Of a DNA stretch of 64,000 nt, positions 54,806 to 62,486 are shown piece by piece. This stretch comes from an uncultured Candidatus Saccharibacteria bacterium (GTDB taxonomy: Bacteria > Patescibacteriota > Minisyncoccia > Phycocordibacterales > DATDWN01). Where the stretch lies: assembly GCA_964603545.1 (NCBI GenBank), contig CAZRVD010000001.1, positions 68,358-132,357 on the forward strand, in the 5' to 3' direction. The position numbers were made by a program, and so were the translations under genes. The stretch's first letter is position 1. Each line of letters begins with the position of its first letter. The notes under the pieces were generated by a model that saw only the letters and a list, made by a program, of their open reading frames with translations, was not told the origin of the DNA and made no database searches.

Positions 54806-55109
54806 ATGAAAGGATTTTTGGATTTTGTAAGAGAGCAGGGGGGTTGTAGGGCTCGCAGTCGGTTTTATTTTGGGCGGGGCTGTTTCAAAAGTCGTTACAG
54901 CTCTTGTAACTGATATTGTAAATCCACTATTGGGAACGATTTTGGGTGGAACTGGGGAATTAAAAACTGCTTCATTCGGGATAGGTTCTGCTCGGATTCT
55001 TTACGGAGACCTTATCTCAGTAGCCATAGATTTTCTAGTTATAGCACTCGTGGTTTATTATGGGGTAAAGCTTCTTAAACTTGATAAATTAGATAAGGCA
55101 AAGGCATAA
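54806..55109 (+). CDS. mscL: large-conductance mechanosensitive channel MscL, interrupted by a +1 frameshift in a G6 tract (54838-54843)
   Basis: ORF 54704..54913 encodes MKGFLDFVREQGG (MscL N-terminus). ORF 54870..55109 continues in the +1 frame. Removing one G from GGGGGG yields MKGFLDFVREQGVVGLAVGFILGGAVSKVV, which matches the MscL TM1 consensus. Confidence 0.7.
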
Positions 55110-55624
55110 TGGATATATTTTCACACGGACTGTATGGTGGAGTGGCTTTTGGTCGGAAGACCAAGAGAGACTACATTACTGCTTTTTTGTTTGGTATTGG
55201 GCCAGACCTTCTTGCTTTTGGTCCATTTTTCATTTTTGCTTTTTTAGGGTTTGTTCCATTTCCAACAGGAAGAATTGAACCCCCAAGTTCGAACGTTATA
55301 CCAGAGTATATTCACTCACTTTATAATTTTACGCACAGTTTTATTATATACGCTCTATTTTTTGCTTTGCTTTGGTTTTTAGGCAAAAAAACTTTTGCCA
55401 AATTGACTTTGGGATGGCCACTTCACATTCTAATTGATATGCCGGTACACTCGCTCAACTTTTTCCCAACTCCATTTTTATGGCCGGTGTCAGATTTTCA
55501 TATTGACGGAGTTCCTTGGAGTAACCCTTATATATTTTTTCCTAATATTATAGTTTTACTTGTTCTTTATGTTTTCTGGTTTTTTAAGAAAAAAAGAAAA
55601 AGATTAGAAAACCAAAACAATTAG
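55109..55624 (+). CDS. membrane-bound metal-dependent hydrolase, YdjM/DUF457 family (native low-GC copy)
   Basis: FGIGPDLLAFGPF and WPLHILIDMPVH motifs. 171 aa. Low GC. Confidence 0.6.
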   Translation: MDIFSHGLYGGVAFGRKTKRDYITAFLFGIGPDLLAFGPFFIFAFLGFVPFPTGRIEPPSSNVIPEYIHSLYNFTHSFIIYALFFALLWFLGKKTFAKLTLGWPLHILIDMPVHSLNFFPTPFLWPVSDFHIDGVPWSNPYIFFPNIIVLLVLYVFWFFKKKRKRLENQNN

Positions 55625-56392
55625 AATTAAACAGGCAATTACAATACGATAAATTCCAAAATAGGTAAGTGAGATTTTTGTTAAATATTTCTCCATTAAA
55701 TATAATGTAAAATAGCTTGTAATAAAGGCTACTAATATTCCAAAACTCAAACTACCATAAGAATTTATCGTTTCAAATATTTCTCTAGATTTGTATGCAT
55801 CGTACAAAACTGCCACTCCCAATGTTGGAAGTGCTAGTACAAAAGTGTACTCGATTATTACAGCTTTTTTTATACCTCTTAAAATACCGGCAACTATAGT
55901 TGCGCCAGAACGAGATACTCCGGGGATAATGGCTAGTGCTTGGACTAGTCCAACCACAAAAGCATCCATAATTGTCATTTCAATTTTACCAAAGGTTGCT
56001 GAGTCAGTGACTTCATTTTGTTTCATAAAAACTTTTTCAAGATATATAAAAATTATTCCCCCGATAAGTAGAGCTAGTGACAGCACCAACATGTTTCCTT
56101 CAAGTAATTTTTTAAAAGATTTATATAAAACAAAACCTAAGATCGCACTTGGTAGGAAACTAATACATATGTTGATAAAGAGTTTTTTGTTAGTTAAGAC
56201 CTTTTTTGCAAAGAAAAATAGACCAGCAAGTAAGGCTCCTAGTTGTATAACAAGTAAATAAAATTTTATATACGGCAGAGTCAAGTTTACTCCAAGGATT
56301 TTTGAAGTGACTATAAGATGCGCGGTGGAGGATATTGGTAGGAACTCTGTCAGTCCTTCTAAAAAAGAGATAAATATTAAGTTTAAATCCAT
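55604..56392 (-). CDS. uppP: undecaprenyl-diphosphatase
   Basis: N-terminus LEGLTEFLPISSTAHLI is the BacA/UppP signature. 262 aa, 7-8 TM. Confidence 0.85.
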   Translation of the reverse strand: MDLNLIFISFLEGLTEFLPISSTAHLIVTSKILGVNLTLPYIKFYLLVIQLGALLAGLFFFAKKVLTNKKLFINICISFLPSAILGFVLYKSFKKLLEGNMLVLSLALLIGGIIFIYLEKVFMKQNEVTDSATFGKIEMTIMDAFVVGLVQALAIIPGVSRSGATIVAGILRGIKKAVIIEYTFVLALPTLGVAVLYDAYKSREIFETINSYGSLSFGILVAFITSYFTLYLMEKYLTKISLTYFGIYRIVIACLILIVLVF

Positions 56393-56424
56393 TCGAATAT
56401 TTTAGTCTAAAACTTTGAAGTTGG

Positions 56425-56841
56425 CTATTTAAAACATTTCATGCATTTACATCCAACTGGTTTCAAGTGTTCGTCAAAGTATTCCTTGCCATAGTCGTAG
56501 GTAAGTTCCTCGCCCGCTTTGATGTTTTTAATCGCAGAGATAAAGACTCTTCCTGCTGGTCCATCGGCTTCGCAGTTACCGACACATGAGTGGTTTATAA
56601 ATCGAGCCGTGTTACTTTTTATATTTCCGTTTATGGTTTTATTTTTACCCACTTCAAAAAGGTATTTACTGTTGATTGTGTACAAATCTTTTTCTTTCAT
56701 CAAAATCCCCGTGTATTCAATAATACAACTCCCTTTAGGTATTGGGCTAAGAGTAAAAAGGCCCTTTCCAGTTCCTGATTTTTTAACTTTTAATGCAAAG
56801 TTTCCTGGGGTGTATTTACTTTTTTTCATACGGTTTTTCAT
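56425..56841 (-). CDS. SET-domain protein (lysine methyltransferase-like)
   Basis: RFINHSCVGNC...ELTYDY and post-SET CKCMKC. Confidence 0.7.
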   Translation of the reverse strand: MKNRMKKSKYTPGNFALKVKKSGTGKGLFTLSPIPKGSCIIEYTGILMKEKDLYTINSKYLFEVGKNKTINGNIKSNTARFINHSCVGNCEADGPAGRVFISAIKNIKAGEELTYDYGKEYFDEHLKPVGCKCMKCFK

Positions 56842-56856
56842 TCTAACTTAAATTAT

Positions 56857-56907
56857 CCAAAAGCGAAACCCGCCGAGACTGCACAATGTCCGTGCTGTAA
56901 CGGCGGG
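56857..56907 (-). terminator. terminator of the high-GC YdjM-like gene
   Basis: CCCGCCG...CGGCGGG stem. On the minus strand it is followed by TTTCGCTTTTGG. Confidence 0.45.
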
Positions 56908-56915
56908 GGAGAGAT

Positions 56916-57452
56916 TCATAAAGACATCTCGGGGACTTTTATTGGTGCTACTCTAACCACCATCTTACTTCTAGGCCTGAATTTCCATGCGAACCACCAT
57001 AGGAGTAAGGTGTCGATCGTGCCAATCGTGATTGACCACTGTTTCGGCCAGTCACGTTTCCACCAGTTGTGAAGCTGGTGGTGGAAGTTCTCGTAGTCCT
57101 TAAGCCACTGTGACTGTGGGAGGTAGTCAATCTGGGTCCATGCCTGTACAAGGTCTGGACCGATCCCAGCAATGAAGATGAGCCACACAACCCGCCTGTA
57201 TTCTGGTTGGTTTTTGGTAAGTTTGTGACATAGCAAGAACGAAATTGCTATGTCGGTCTGGGCCCACCAGAAGTTAAAGGTGTAAGGGCTCGTGTATTCC
57301 GAACCCGAGAACAGTCCTGGCTCGAGATGTGGTATGAGGTCGAACGGCACATGTGCCAGTATGACCATGATAGGAAACCAGATCCATGATGTTTCTGGTC
57401 TGGTTTTTATGGCCACAGCTATGGCAGGTAAAATGTGCGCGCTCGGCAACAT
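56916..57452 (-). CDS. YdjM/DUF457-family membrane hydrolase, high-GC xenolog of 55109..55624 (cassette L)
   Basis: IAGIGPDLV and HVPFDLIPH correspond to the motifs of the low-GC paralog. GC clearly higher. GGAGG 9 nt upstream of the ATG. Confidence 0.55.
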   Translation of the reverse strand: MLPSAHILPAIAVAIKTRPETSWIWFPIMVILAHVPFDLIPHLEPGLFSGSEYTSPYTFNFWWAQTDIAISFLLCHKLTKNQPEYRRVVWLIFIAGIGPDLVQAWTQIDYLPQSQWLKDYENFHHQLHNWWKRDWPKQWSITIGTIDTLLLWWFAWKFRPRSKMVVRVAPIKVPEMSL

Positions 57453-57521
57453 GAGACAATCCTCCGGTTTTTTGTGAACAGTCTGAGGATTAGCTTATCT
57501 CAAACTTAAATTAATATCAAA

Positions 57522-59000
57522 TTATTTAGCCCAAATATAACTTAATGTAGATTCATACCACTTTTTATTTTCAATTCTTTTTTCCTGTTTTTCTATCCAA
57601 GGGTTCCAGTCAAATTCTTTTTTGGTGATTTCCATTTCTCCATTTGGTTTTATGATAATTAAGTCTACTTCCTCAATTAATTTTCCTTCAGCTTTGTATT
57701 TTTTGATTTGGGGCAGAACGTCAGGAGAAAGCATTGTCATCTCAAATAAATGAATTTTTGTATCTGGTCTGTCTACCAGAGTCATATTTGATTTCAGTAT
57801 AAACAATTCAACTGGGAATATTGATACTAGTGAAAACATCCAAAGAAACTGAAATGCCAGGAATTTAACGACATTTGATTTTTTATTAATAAATAGTCGT
57901 GAGATGAGCCAGAGAAAAAGTACTCCACAAAATAATACGGTATATGATGCATAAAACTTTTCGTAACTAAAACCATAATGAGTTACATAGAGTACGATTC
58001 TTTGCGCAGAGGAAACCAAAAGCAAAAGAGAGGCAAAAGAAAATACACCCAGCAGTTTTTGCCCCACAGAGACAGTTCTGCGATAGAGGAAAAGGAAAAT
58101 AGCAATATTTATAACCGAGAGGAATAGAAGTTGCCAAAAACCGCTTTTTACCAAATTTTCTGTTTCCTTGAAATCAAATGGTAATGCTCCTACCCACAGA
58201 CGATCAATTTGTATCCAAAGAAATAGGAGATAAACAACAAAAATTCCTCCCAAAACAATGCTGGTAATTACAATGTCTACGTCAGTTTTCTTTTCAGTAT
58301 TAGTTATTGTAAGAGGTCTGCCCCATGCGATTAGCGCTGTTAGTGTTCCCAGGGTCAGTAATACAAAGACAATTATTTTTGCAACAATTGAAGTAGATAA
58401 GATTTTAGTAAAAGCGTCGTAAAAAGGTTTTAATTTTTCTGCAAAAAGTGGGTCAGAGGAAGAAAGAAGAGGAACGATGACAAGGAGGGCAACCAGGAGG
58501 AGGGCTATACCAGTCAATACTCTTTTCCATACTTCACCTTTATTTTTTTCCTTATTATAAATAGTGTTCAAAATAAACTGTATAGATGGATATAGAAAAA
58601 CTAAGAAACCTAAAATGTGTTTAACTATTTTAATGGCAAAAAGACTATTCCAATCAATTTCTTTCTTTCTCTCTAGCCATGAGTAAGAATAAAAGACAGA
58701 AAAAAGTACAGGAAATAACAAGAAACTAAATGCTTTGAAAAAAGGATTCTCATATACTGCAAACGAAACAGAAAGTAAAAATAAGGGAACAATCCACACA
58801 GAGTCACTTACATCAAATTTAAGATTTTTTCTCAATCTATATACGAAAAAGGCGACAACAGAAACAAGGTAAACAGCGAAGTTAATTCCAAGAGCGAAAA
58901 TTTCTCTTGAAAAGAAGCCCCACATGAAAATGATAAAAAACAACGACAAGATAAGACTTATGCCTACTTCTTTTTTTGTTGCAAATAATTTGTTTTCCAT
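57522..59000 (-). CDS. large polytopic membrane protein (hypothetical, 12 or more TM)
   Basis: About 490 aa. The ATG at 59000 (MENKLF) is used; the track ORF extends to a TTG at 59039. It is the last gene of a three-gene minus-strand operon (59257..59790, 59049..59252, 57522..59000). Confidence 0.5.
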   Translation of the reverse strand: MENKLFATKKEVGISLILSLFFIIFMWGFFSREIFALGINFAVYLVSVVAFFVYRLRKNLKFDVSDSVWIVPLFLLSVSFAVYENPFFKAFSFLLFPVLFSVFYSYSWLERKKEIDWNSLFAIKIVKHILGFLVFLYPSIQFILNTIYNKEKNKGEVWKRVLTGIALLLVALLVIVPLLSSSDPLFAEKLKPFYDAFTKILSTSIVAKIIVFVLLTLGTLTALIAWGRPLTITNTEKKTDVDIVITSIVLGGIFVVYLLFLWIQIDRLWVGALPFDFKETENLVKSGFWQLLFLSVINIAIFLFLYRRTVSVGQKLLGVFSFASLLLLVSSAQRIVLYVTHYGFSYEKFYASYTVLFCGVLFLWLISRLFINKKSNVVKFLAFQFLWMFSLVSIFPVELFILKSNMTLVDRPDTKIHLFEMTMLSPDVLPQIKKYKAEGKLIEEVDLIIIKPNGEMEITKKEFDWNPWIEKQEKRIENKKWYESTLSYIWAK

Positions 59001-59048
59001 ATTTGTTACGGTTATGTGGCCGGCTACTCGGCTTCGCAAGGTTGTTAA

Positions 59049-59252
59049 TTATTTTTTGTATTCTAAAATGTCACCTGGCTGACAATCTAGCGCCTTACAA
59101 ATCGCCTCGAGTGTTCCAAATCTCACAGCTTTTGCTTTTCCGTTTTTCAATATAGAAAGATTGGCCATAGTTATCCCAACTTTTTCAGTAAGTTGGGTCA
59201 AACTCATTTTTCTTCTTGCTAGCATCACATCTATATTGATTATAATTGACAT
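59049..59252 (-). CDS. XRE-family HTH transcriptional regulator (YozG-like)
   Basis: LARRKMSLTQLTEKVGITMANLSILKNGKAKAVRFGTLEAICKALDCQPGDIL. Confidence 0.8.
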   Translation of the reverse strand: MSIIINIDVMLARRKMSLTQLTEKVGITMANLSILKNGKAKAVRFGTLEAICKALDCQPGDILEYKK

Positions 59253-59256
59253 GATG

Positions 59257-59790
59257 TTATACGGTTAAGTCGTTCTCAGTTTTGATATCTATGGCATTTT
59301 GTAAAAGTCTCTCAAACACCGCCGCAGCAGTAGCAATTACCGCAGACAGAAAAATCATTACAAGACCTATTACAACACCACCAGCGATGTCTTCACCCTT
59401 GCTACGCTCCACTGTATTGAAGTACACTTCTGCTCCCACAATAAAACCGATGAGAGTCATTGCGCAGTATTTAATAGTACGTAGTGTTCCCACAGAATCT
59501 AATGAGAATACTTTATTTTGTCCAATATATCCGAGTAACTTAAATGCTTGGTAGATTGCAATGAAAAAGGGAATAGATGCAATATATGCATATGCCAAGA
59601 ATGGGTCATTGAAATATATTTGAAAGAGTGTGGCATTTACATTCCTGCCCTCAAGGTGGGGTTCCCAAAGCATAAGGGCAAGAGCACCTAGGGCTACAAC
59701 TACTAGGACAAATTTTAAAAATAATGTTGATCCTTTTTTCATAGGGTAAATTTTCTTATGTAGTAATAAGGTAATACTAGCATACCTCAC
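59257..59790 (-). CDS. DUF2975-like membrane protein (typical partner of YozG-type regulators)
   Basis: Four TM helices. Lies upstream of and adjacent to the HTH gene. The start may be the internal MKKGSTLF at 59742. Confidence 0.5.
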   Translation of the reverse strand: MRYASITLLLHKKIYPMKKGSTLFLKFVLVVVALGALALMLWEPHLEGRNVNATLFQIYFNDPFLAYAYIASIPFFIAIYQAFKLLGYIGQNKVFSLDSVGTLRTIKYCAMTLIGFIVGAEVYFNTVERSKGEDIAGGVVIGLVMIFLSAVIATAAAVFERLLQNAIDIKTENDLTV

Positions 59791-59901
59791 ATCGTATTAC
59801 AATAAATATATATTGTTTATTACAAATAGTCACATGAGTCTAGTTTGTATATACAGAATCGCCCGACGCAGTCGGGCGACCTGTCGGGCGTGTAGTTTGC
59901 C

Positions 59902-60084
59902 TTATTCACGAGGGATAGCCATCTCTGGCACCTGTCCCGCGAATTCTTTCAAACACTGGTCATAGATATCAAGCCAAAATCTGGCCCAATTACCACCGTC
60001 TCGCCCTTCTCTGTAGGCGATTTCCATCTCTCTTTCTGCGATGTGCATCGCACGTTCCGCTGGGTTGTTTGTGTGGTGCCTCAT
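59902..60084 (-). CDS. hypothetical 60-aa protein, high-GC cassette M
   Basis: Minus-strand TTGACA-N16-TATAAC promoter (60100-60128), AGGAGG, ATG. Downstream hairpin CGCCCGAC-tgcg-TCGGGCG at 59861-59880. Confidence 0.4.
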   Translation of the reverse strand: MRHHTNNPAERAMHIAEREMEIAYREGRDGGNWARFWLDIYDQCLKEFAGQVPEMAIPRE

Positions 60085-60099
60085 GACAAACCTCCTGTG

Positions 60100-60128
60100 T
60101 TTGTTATAACAATTATAAATAATCTGTC
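60100..60128 (-). promoter_or_regulatory. promoter of cassette M
   Basis: The reverse complement reads TTGACAgattatttataattgtTATAACaaacacAGGAGGtttgtcATG. Confidence 0.45.
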
Positions 60129-60248
60129 AACTATCAACTCTTGCGATAGAGTAAAAAAGAAGTAATTGCGTTGCTTTCTTACTTATTTTTGATATTATCT
60201 ATTCTGTTAGAATTTGTACTTTGAAAATTAAATAAATGATTAATAAGC

Positions 60249-60320
60249 TCCGGTGTAGCTCAGTGGTAGAGCAATCGCCTGTTAAGCGATTGGTCGTAGG
60301 TTCGATCCCTACCGCCGGAG
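60249..60320 (+). tRNA. tRNA-Asn (anticodon GTT)
   Basis: Acceptor stem TCCGGTG/CGCCGGA. D arm GCTC-AGTGGTA-GAGC. Anticodon stem ATCGC/GCGAT with loop CTGTTAA. T arm GTAGG-TTCGATC-CCTAC. Discriminator G. No encoded CCA. Confidence 0.85.
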
Positions 60321-60363
60321 CTTAGTAATCATTTAAATTTTATAAATTTATTACAATTGAATT

Positions 60364-60585
60364 ATGAATAATGAAAACAGCCCACGAGTTGATTCTTTAT
60401 CTGAAGGCTTCACTACAGAATTTGAAGTTTTAGCTAGTCGTTTAAAAGAATTAGAAGTGAAAAGACGAAAACTAGAAGATGAAGGGATGAATGGTATTCC
60501 GAAAGAAGAGGATGTTTCAGAAGCAGCTAGTATTTCCTTAGAAATGCTTGATATTAAAGAAGAATTGAAAAAACTTCAAAACTAG
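60364..60585 (+). CDS. small acidic coiled-coil protein (hypothetical) between the tRNA and its 3'-end repeat
   Basis: 73 aa, low GC, weak RBS. Confidence 0.25.
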   Translation: MNNENSPRVDSLSEGFTTEFEVLASRLKELEVKRRKLEDEGMNGIPKEEDVSEAASISLEMLDIKEELKKLQN

Positions 60586-60660
60586 GTAGAAATTGATACC
60601 AGACATCAATCTCACTTTAATTTTATCTATACAGACAAAATTAAAAAAGATCACTCTATG

Positions 60661-60683
60661 CCGCCGGAGCTTAGTAATCATTT
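60661..60683 (+). repeat. 23-bp exact direct repeat of the tRNA-Asn 3' end plus its downstream flank (att-like)
   Basis: CCGCCGGAGCTTAGTAATCATTT at 60312-60334 and again at 60661-60683. Confidence 0.75.
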
Positions 60684-60691
60684 TTTATAAA

Positions 60692-60725
60692 TTGACACAA
60701 ATGTCATTTTAATAGATAATCCTTC
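60692..60725 (+). promoter_or_regulatory. promoter of cassette N (TTGACA with overlapping TGACA-caaa-TGTCA palindrome)
   Basis: TTGACAcaaatgtcattttaaTAGATAAT, then AAAGG, then ATG at 60759. Confidence 0.45.
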
Positions 60726-60758
60726 TCGGAACTTCTTCCAAGAAAGGTTGGGTTAGCT

Positions 60759-61523
60759 ATGCTTTTGAGAAAAGGAGACCACTCTGTATGGGCAACGTCT
60801 GAAGGCGGGTCCATACTCTCGTGGCAATGGCGAGAGCACAACATTCTCGGACCAGCACGTTTTGTGCGTGTAGATGGAGAACTTAAACTTCGCGGTGAGA
60901 CGCACTGGTGTTACCCGAACTTTGGGTCTGTGCCAGAGGGTGCCAATTTCAATTACCCCAAACATGGGCACCTTCGAAACGTCGTTCTTGACATTGAACG
61001 ACTTTACGACGATTCTGCACAGTTCTATCTGCCATCCAATCGTACCGGCAACTCCACCGAAGTCAGGGTTGACTTGGGAGTTCATAATTGGGGGGTTAGC
61101 ACATGGCTTTCTGCCATCAATCGAGGCGATGAGCGTGTGCCAATGTTGGTTGGGAGTCACCCCTACTTTGTAGTTCCGGAAGATGGCCTTGAAGTCTGGG
61201 TGAACGGCAAGTTGGAAGCTGAGGTTGTACGCCTAGGAGCTGGCCTATTGCAATCGGCAGGAGTTTTCTCGAAGGCGCGAATCCTGCCTCGATTTGGTGG
61301 TAGGGTCGCGGTAAACCTCAAGGGTCTCGGAGAGGTGCATCTCGGTTTGCACGATCACTGTTCACACATTGTCATTTGGTCTGATTGCCGGGCGGAGTAC
61401 ATTTGTGTTGAACCCGTATTTGGTGAACCCGGGGAATTTGGTACCGAGGAGGGAAATTGGCTTAGCAAGAATGAGTCCACTTTCTGCCAGGTGGACTTCA
61501 ACTTCAAACCGCGCTCGGTATAA
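60759..61523 (+). CDS. aldose 1-epimerase-family protein (glucose-6-phosphate 1-epimerase/YeaD-like), high-GC cassette N
   Basis: GGSILSWQ, HPYF and ICVEP motifs. GC-rich. Confidence 0.55.
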   Translation: MLLRKGDHSVWATSEGGSILSWQWREHNILGPARFVRVDGELKLRGETHWCYPNFGSVPEGANFNYPKHGHLRNVVLDIERLYDDSAQFYLPSNRTGNSTEVRVDLGVHNWGVSTWLSAINRGDERVPMLVGSHPYFVVPEDGLEVWVNGKLEAEVVRLGAGLLQSAGVFSKARILPRFGGRVAVNLKGLGEVHLGLHDHCSHIVIWSDCRAEYICVEPVFGEPGEFGTEEGNWLSKNESTFCQVDFNFKPRSV

Positions 61524-61644
61524 CCGCGTGCGATCAAGAAAGGATGGGCTCGCTTTAGCTACGGCTAAGGGCGGGCCCGTTTCATTTAAGTTAATTATTT
61601 GGTATATTAATAATTAGAAATTTCAGTTCATCTGGAGGTCTTAC

Positions 61645-61845
61645 ATGGGTAATCGGGGAACTACTCCTTCGTGGGATGATGAGCAAATCGCATTGTACGG
61701 CCTTTTTGGACACATGGACAATGTGAGAAGAGGTTACAGGATGAGGGAAGTCTCTCGTAAGAAAGCGCGACGCCGGAATATAAAGGAGGATCTCAAGCGT
61801 CGGCTTGACTCCAAAAGAGAAGAAAGGAGTCGTTCAAAGAAGTGA
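61645..61845 (+). CDS. hypothetical 66-aa basic protein, high-GC cassette O
   Basis: TTTCAT-N17-TATATT promoter, GGAGG RBS, ATG at 61645. Arg/Lys-rich C-terminus. Confidence 0.35.
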   Translation: MGNRGTTPSWDDEQIALYGLFGHMDNVRRGYRMREVSRKKARRRNIKEDLKRRLDSKREERSRSKK

Positions 61846-61875
61846 ATCTGCCGAACTCTACACTAGTTCTACAGT

Positions 61876-61918
61876 CCGCCCCGAAGGCCAAACGCTTTTG
61901 CGGGCGGCTTTCGTTTTG
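61876..61918 (+). terminator. hairpin terminator after cassette O
   Basis: CCGCCCCG...CGGGCGG, then cTTTCGTTTTG. Confidence 0.4.
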
Positions 61919-61944
61919 TATTTAGGTGGGTGTATAATGTAGGT

Positions 61945-62322
61945 ATGAATATTAAAATACGATCAATAAACTTTGATTTAACAGATGCGATAGAGGAATA
62001 TGTAAATAAAAAAGCATCTTCTCTTGAGAAGTTTTTGCAAAACAAAGAGGGTGCGCTCTGTGAAGTGGAAATAGGTAGAACAACCAAACATCACAATTCT
62101 GGTGATATTTTTAAGGCAGAAATCAATATTATGGTACCCGGTAGCGGACAGGTTTATGCAGTAGCAGAAGAACCAGAGCTTTACACTGCAATAGATATTG
62201 TTCGGGATGAAGCAGAAAGGGTAATAGTCAGTCAAAAAAGTAAAAGAGACACTCTTTTTAGAAGAGGGGCATCACAAATAAAAAATTTAATAAAGAGGAT
62301 TAACGGTGGGAGCAAAAATTAA
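61945..62322 (+). CDS. hpf: ribosome hibernation-promoting factor (RaiA/YfiA family)
   Basis: MNIKIRSINFDLTDAIEEYV...AEINIMVPG matches the HPF/sigma-54 modulation protein fold. Extended -10 TGTATAAT at 61931-61938. Confidence 0.8.
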   Translation: MNIKIRSINFDLTDAIEEYVNKKASSLEKFLQNKEGALCEVEIGRTTKHHNSGDIFKAEINIMVPGSGQVYAVAEEPELYTAIDIVRDEAERVIVSQKSKRDTLFRRGASQIKNLIKRINGGSKN

Positions 62323-62486
62323 ATGAGAGTAGGTTCTTTACAAGAAAGGGCCAACTGGTTTTTAGTCGGTTTTGTATTCGGGTGTATTTTTATAATTATC
62401 TTACTTCTTTACGCAATGGTTAAGGCAGAACAAAAAGCAGATTATTTAGATTCAGTTTCACTTTATTATGTGCACAATCCAAAAAT

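Noticed and set aside
60335-60660. Looked for an integrase or recombinase between or near the tRNA-Asn direct repeats
   Set aside because: Only a 73-aa acidic ORF lies between the repeats and no tyrosine or serine recombinase homolog is visible anywhere in the window. The att-like repeat is therefore reported as a scar only.
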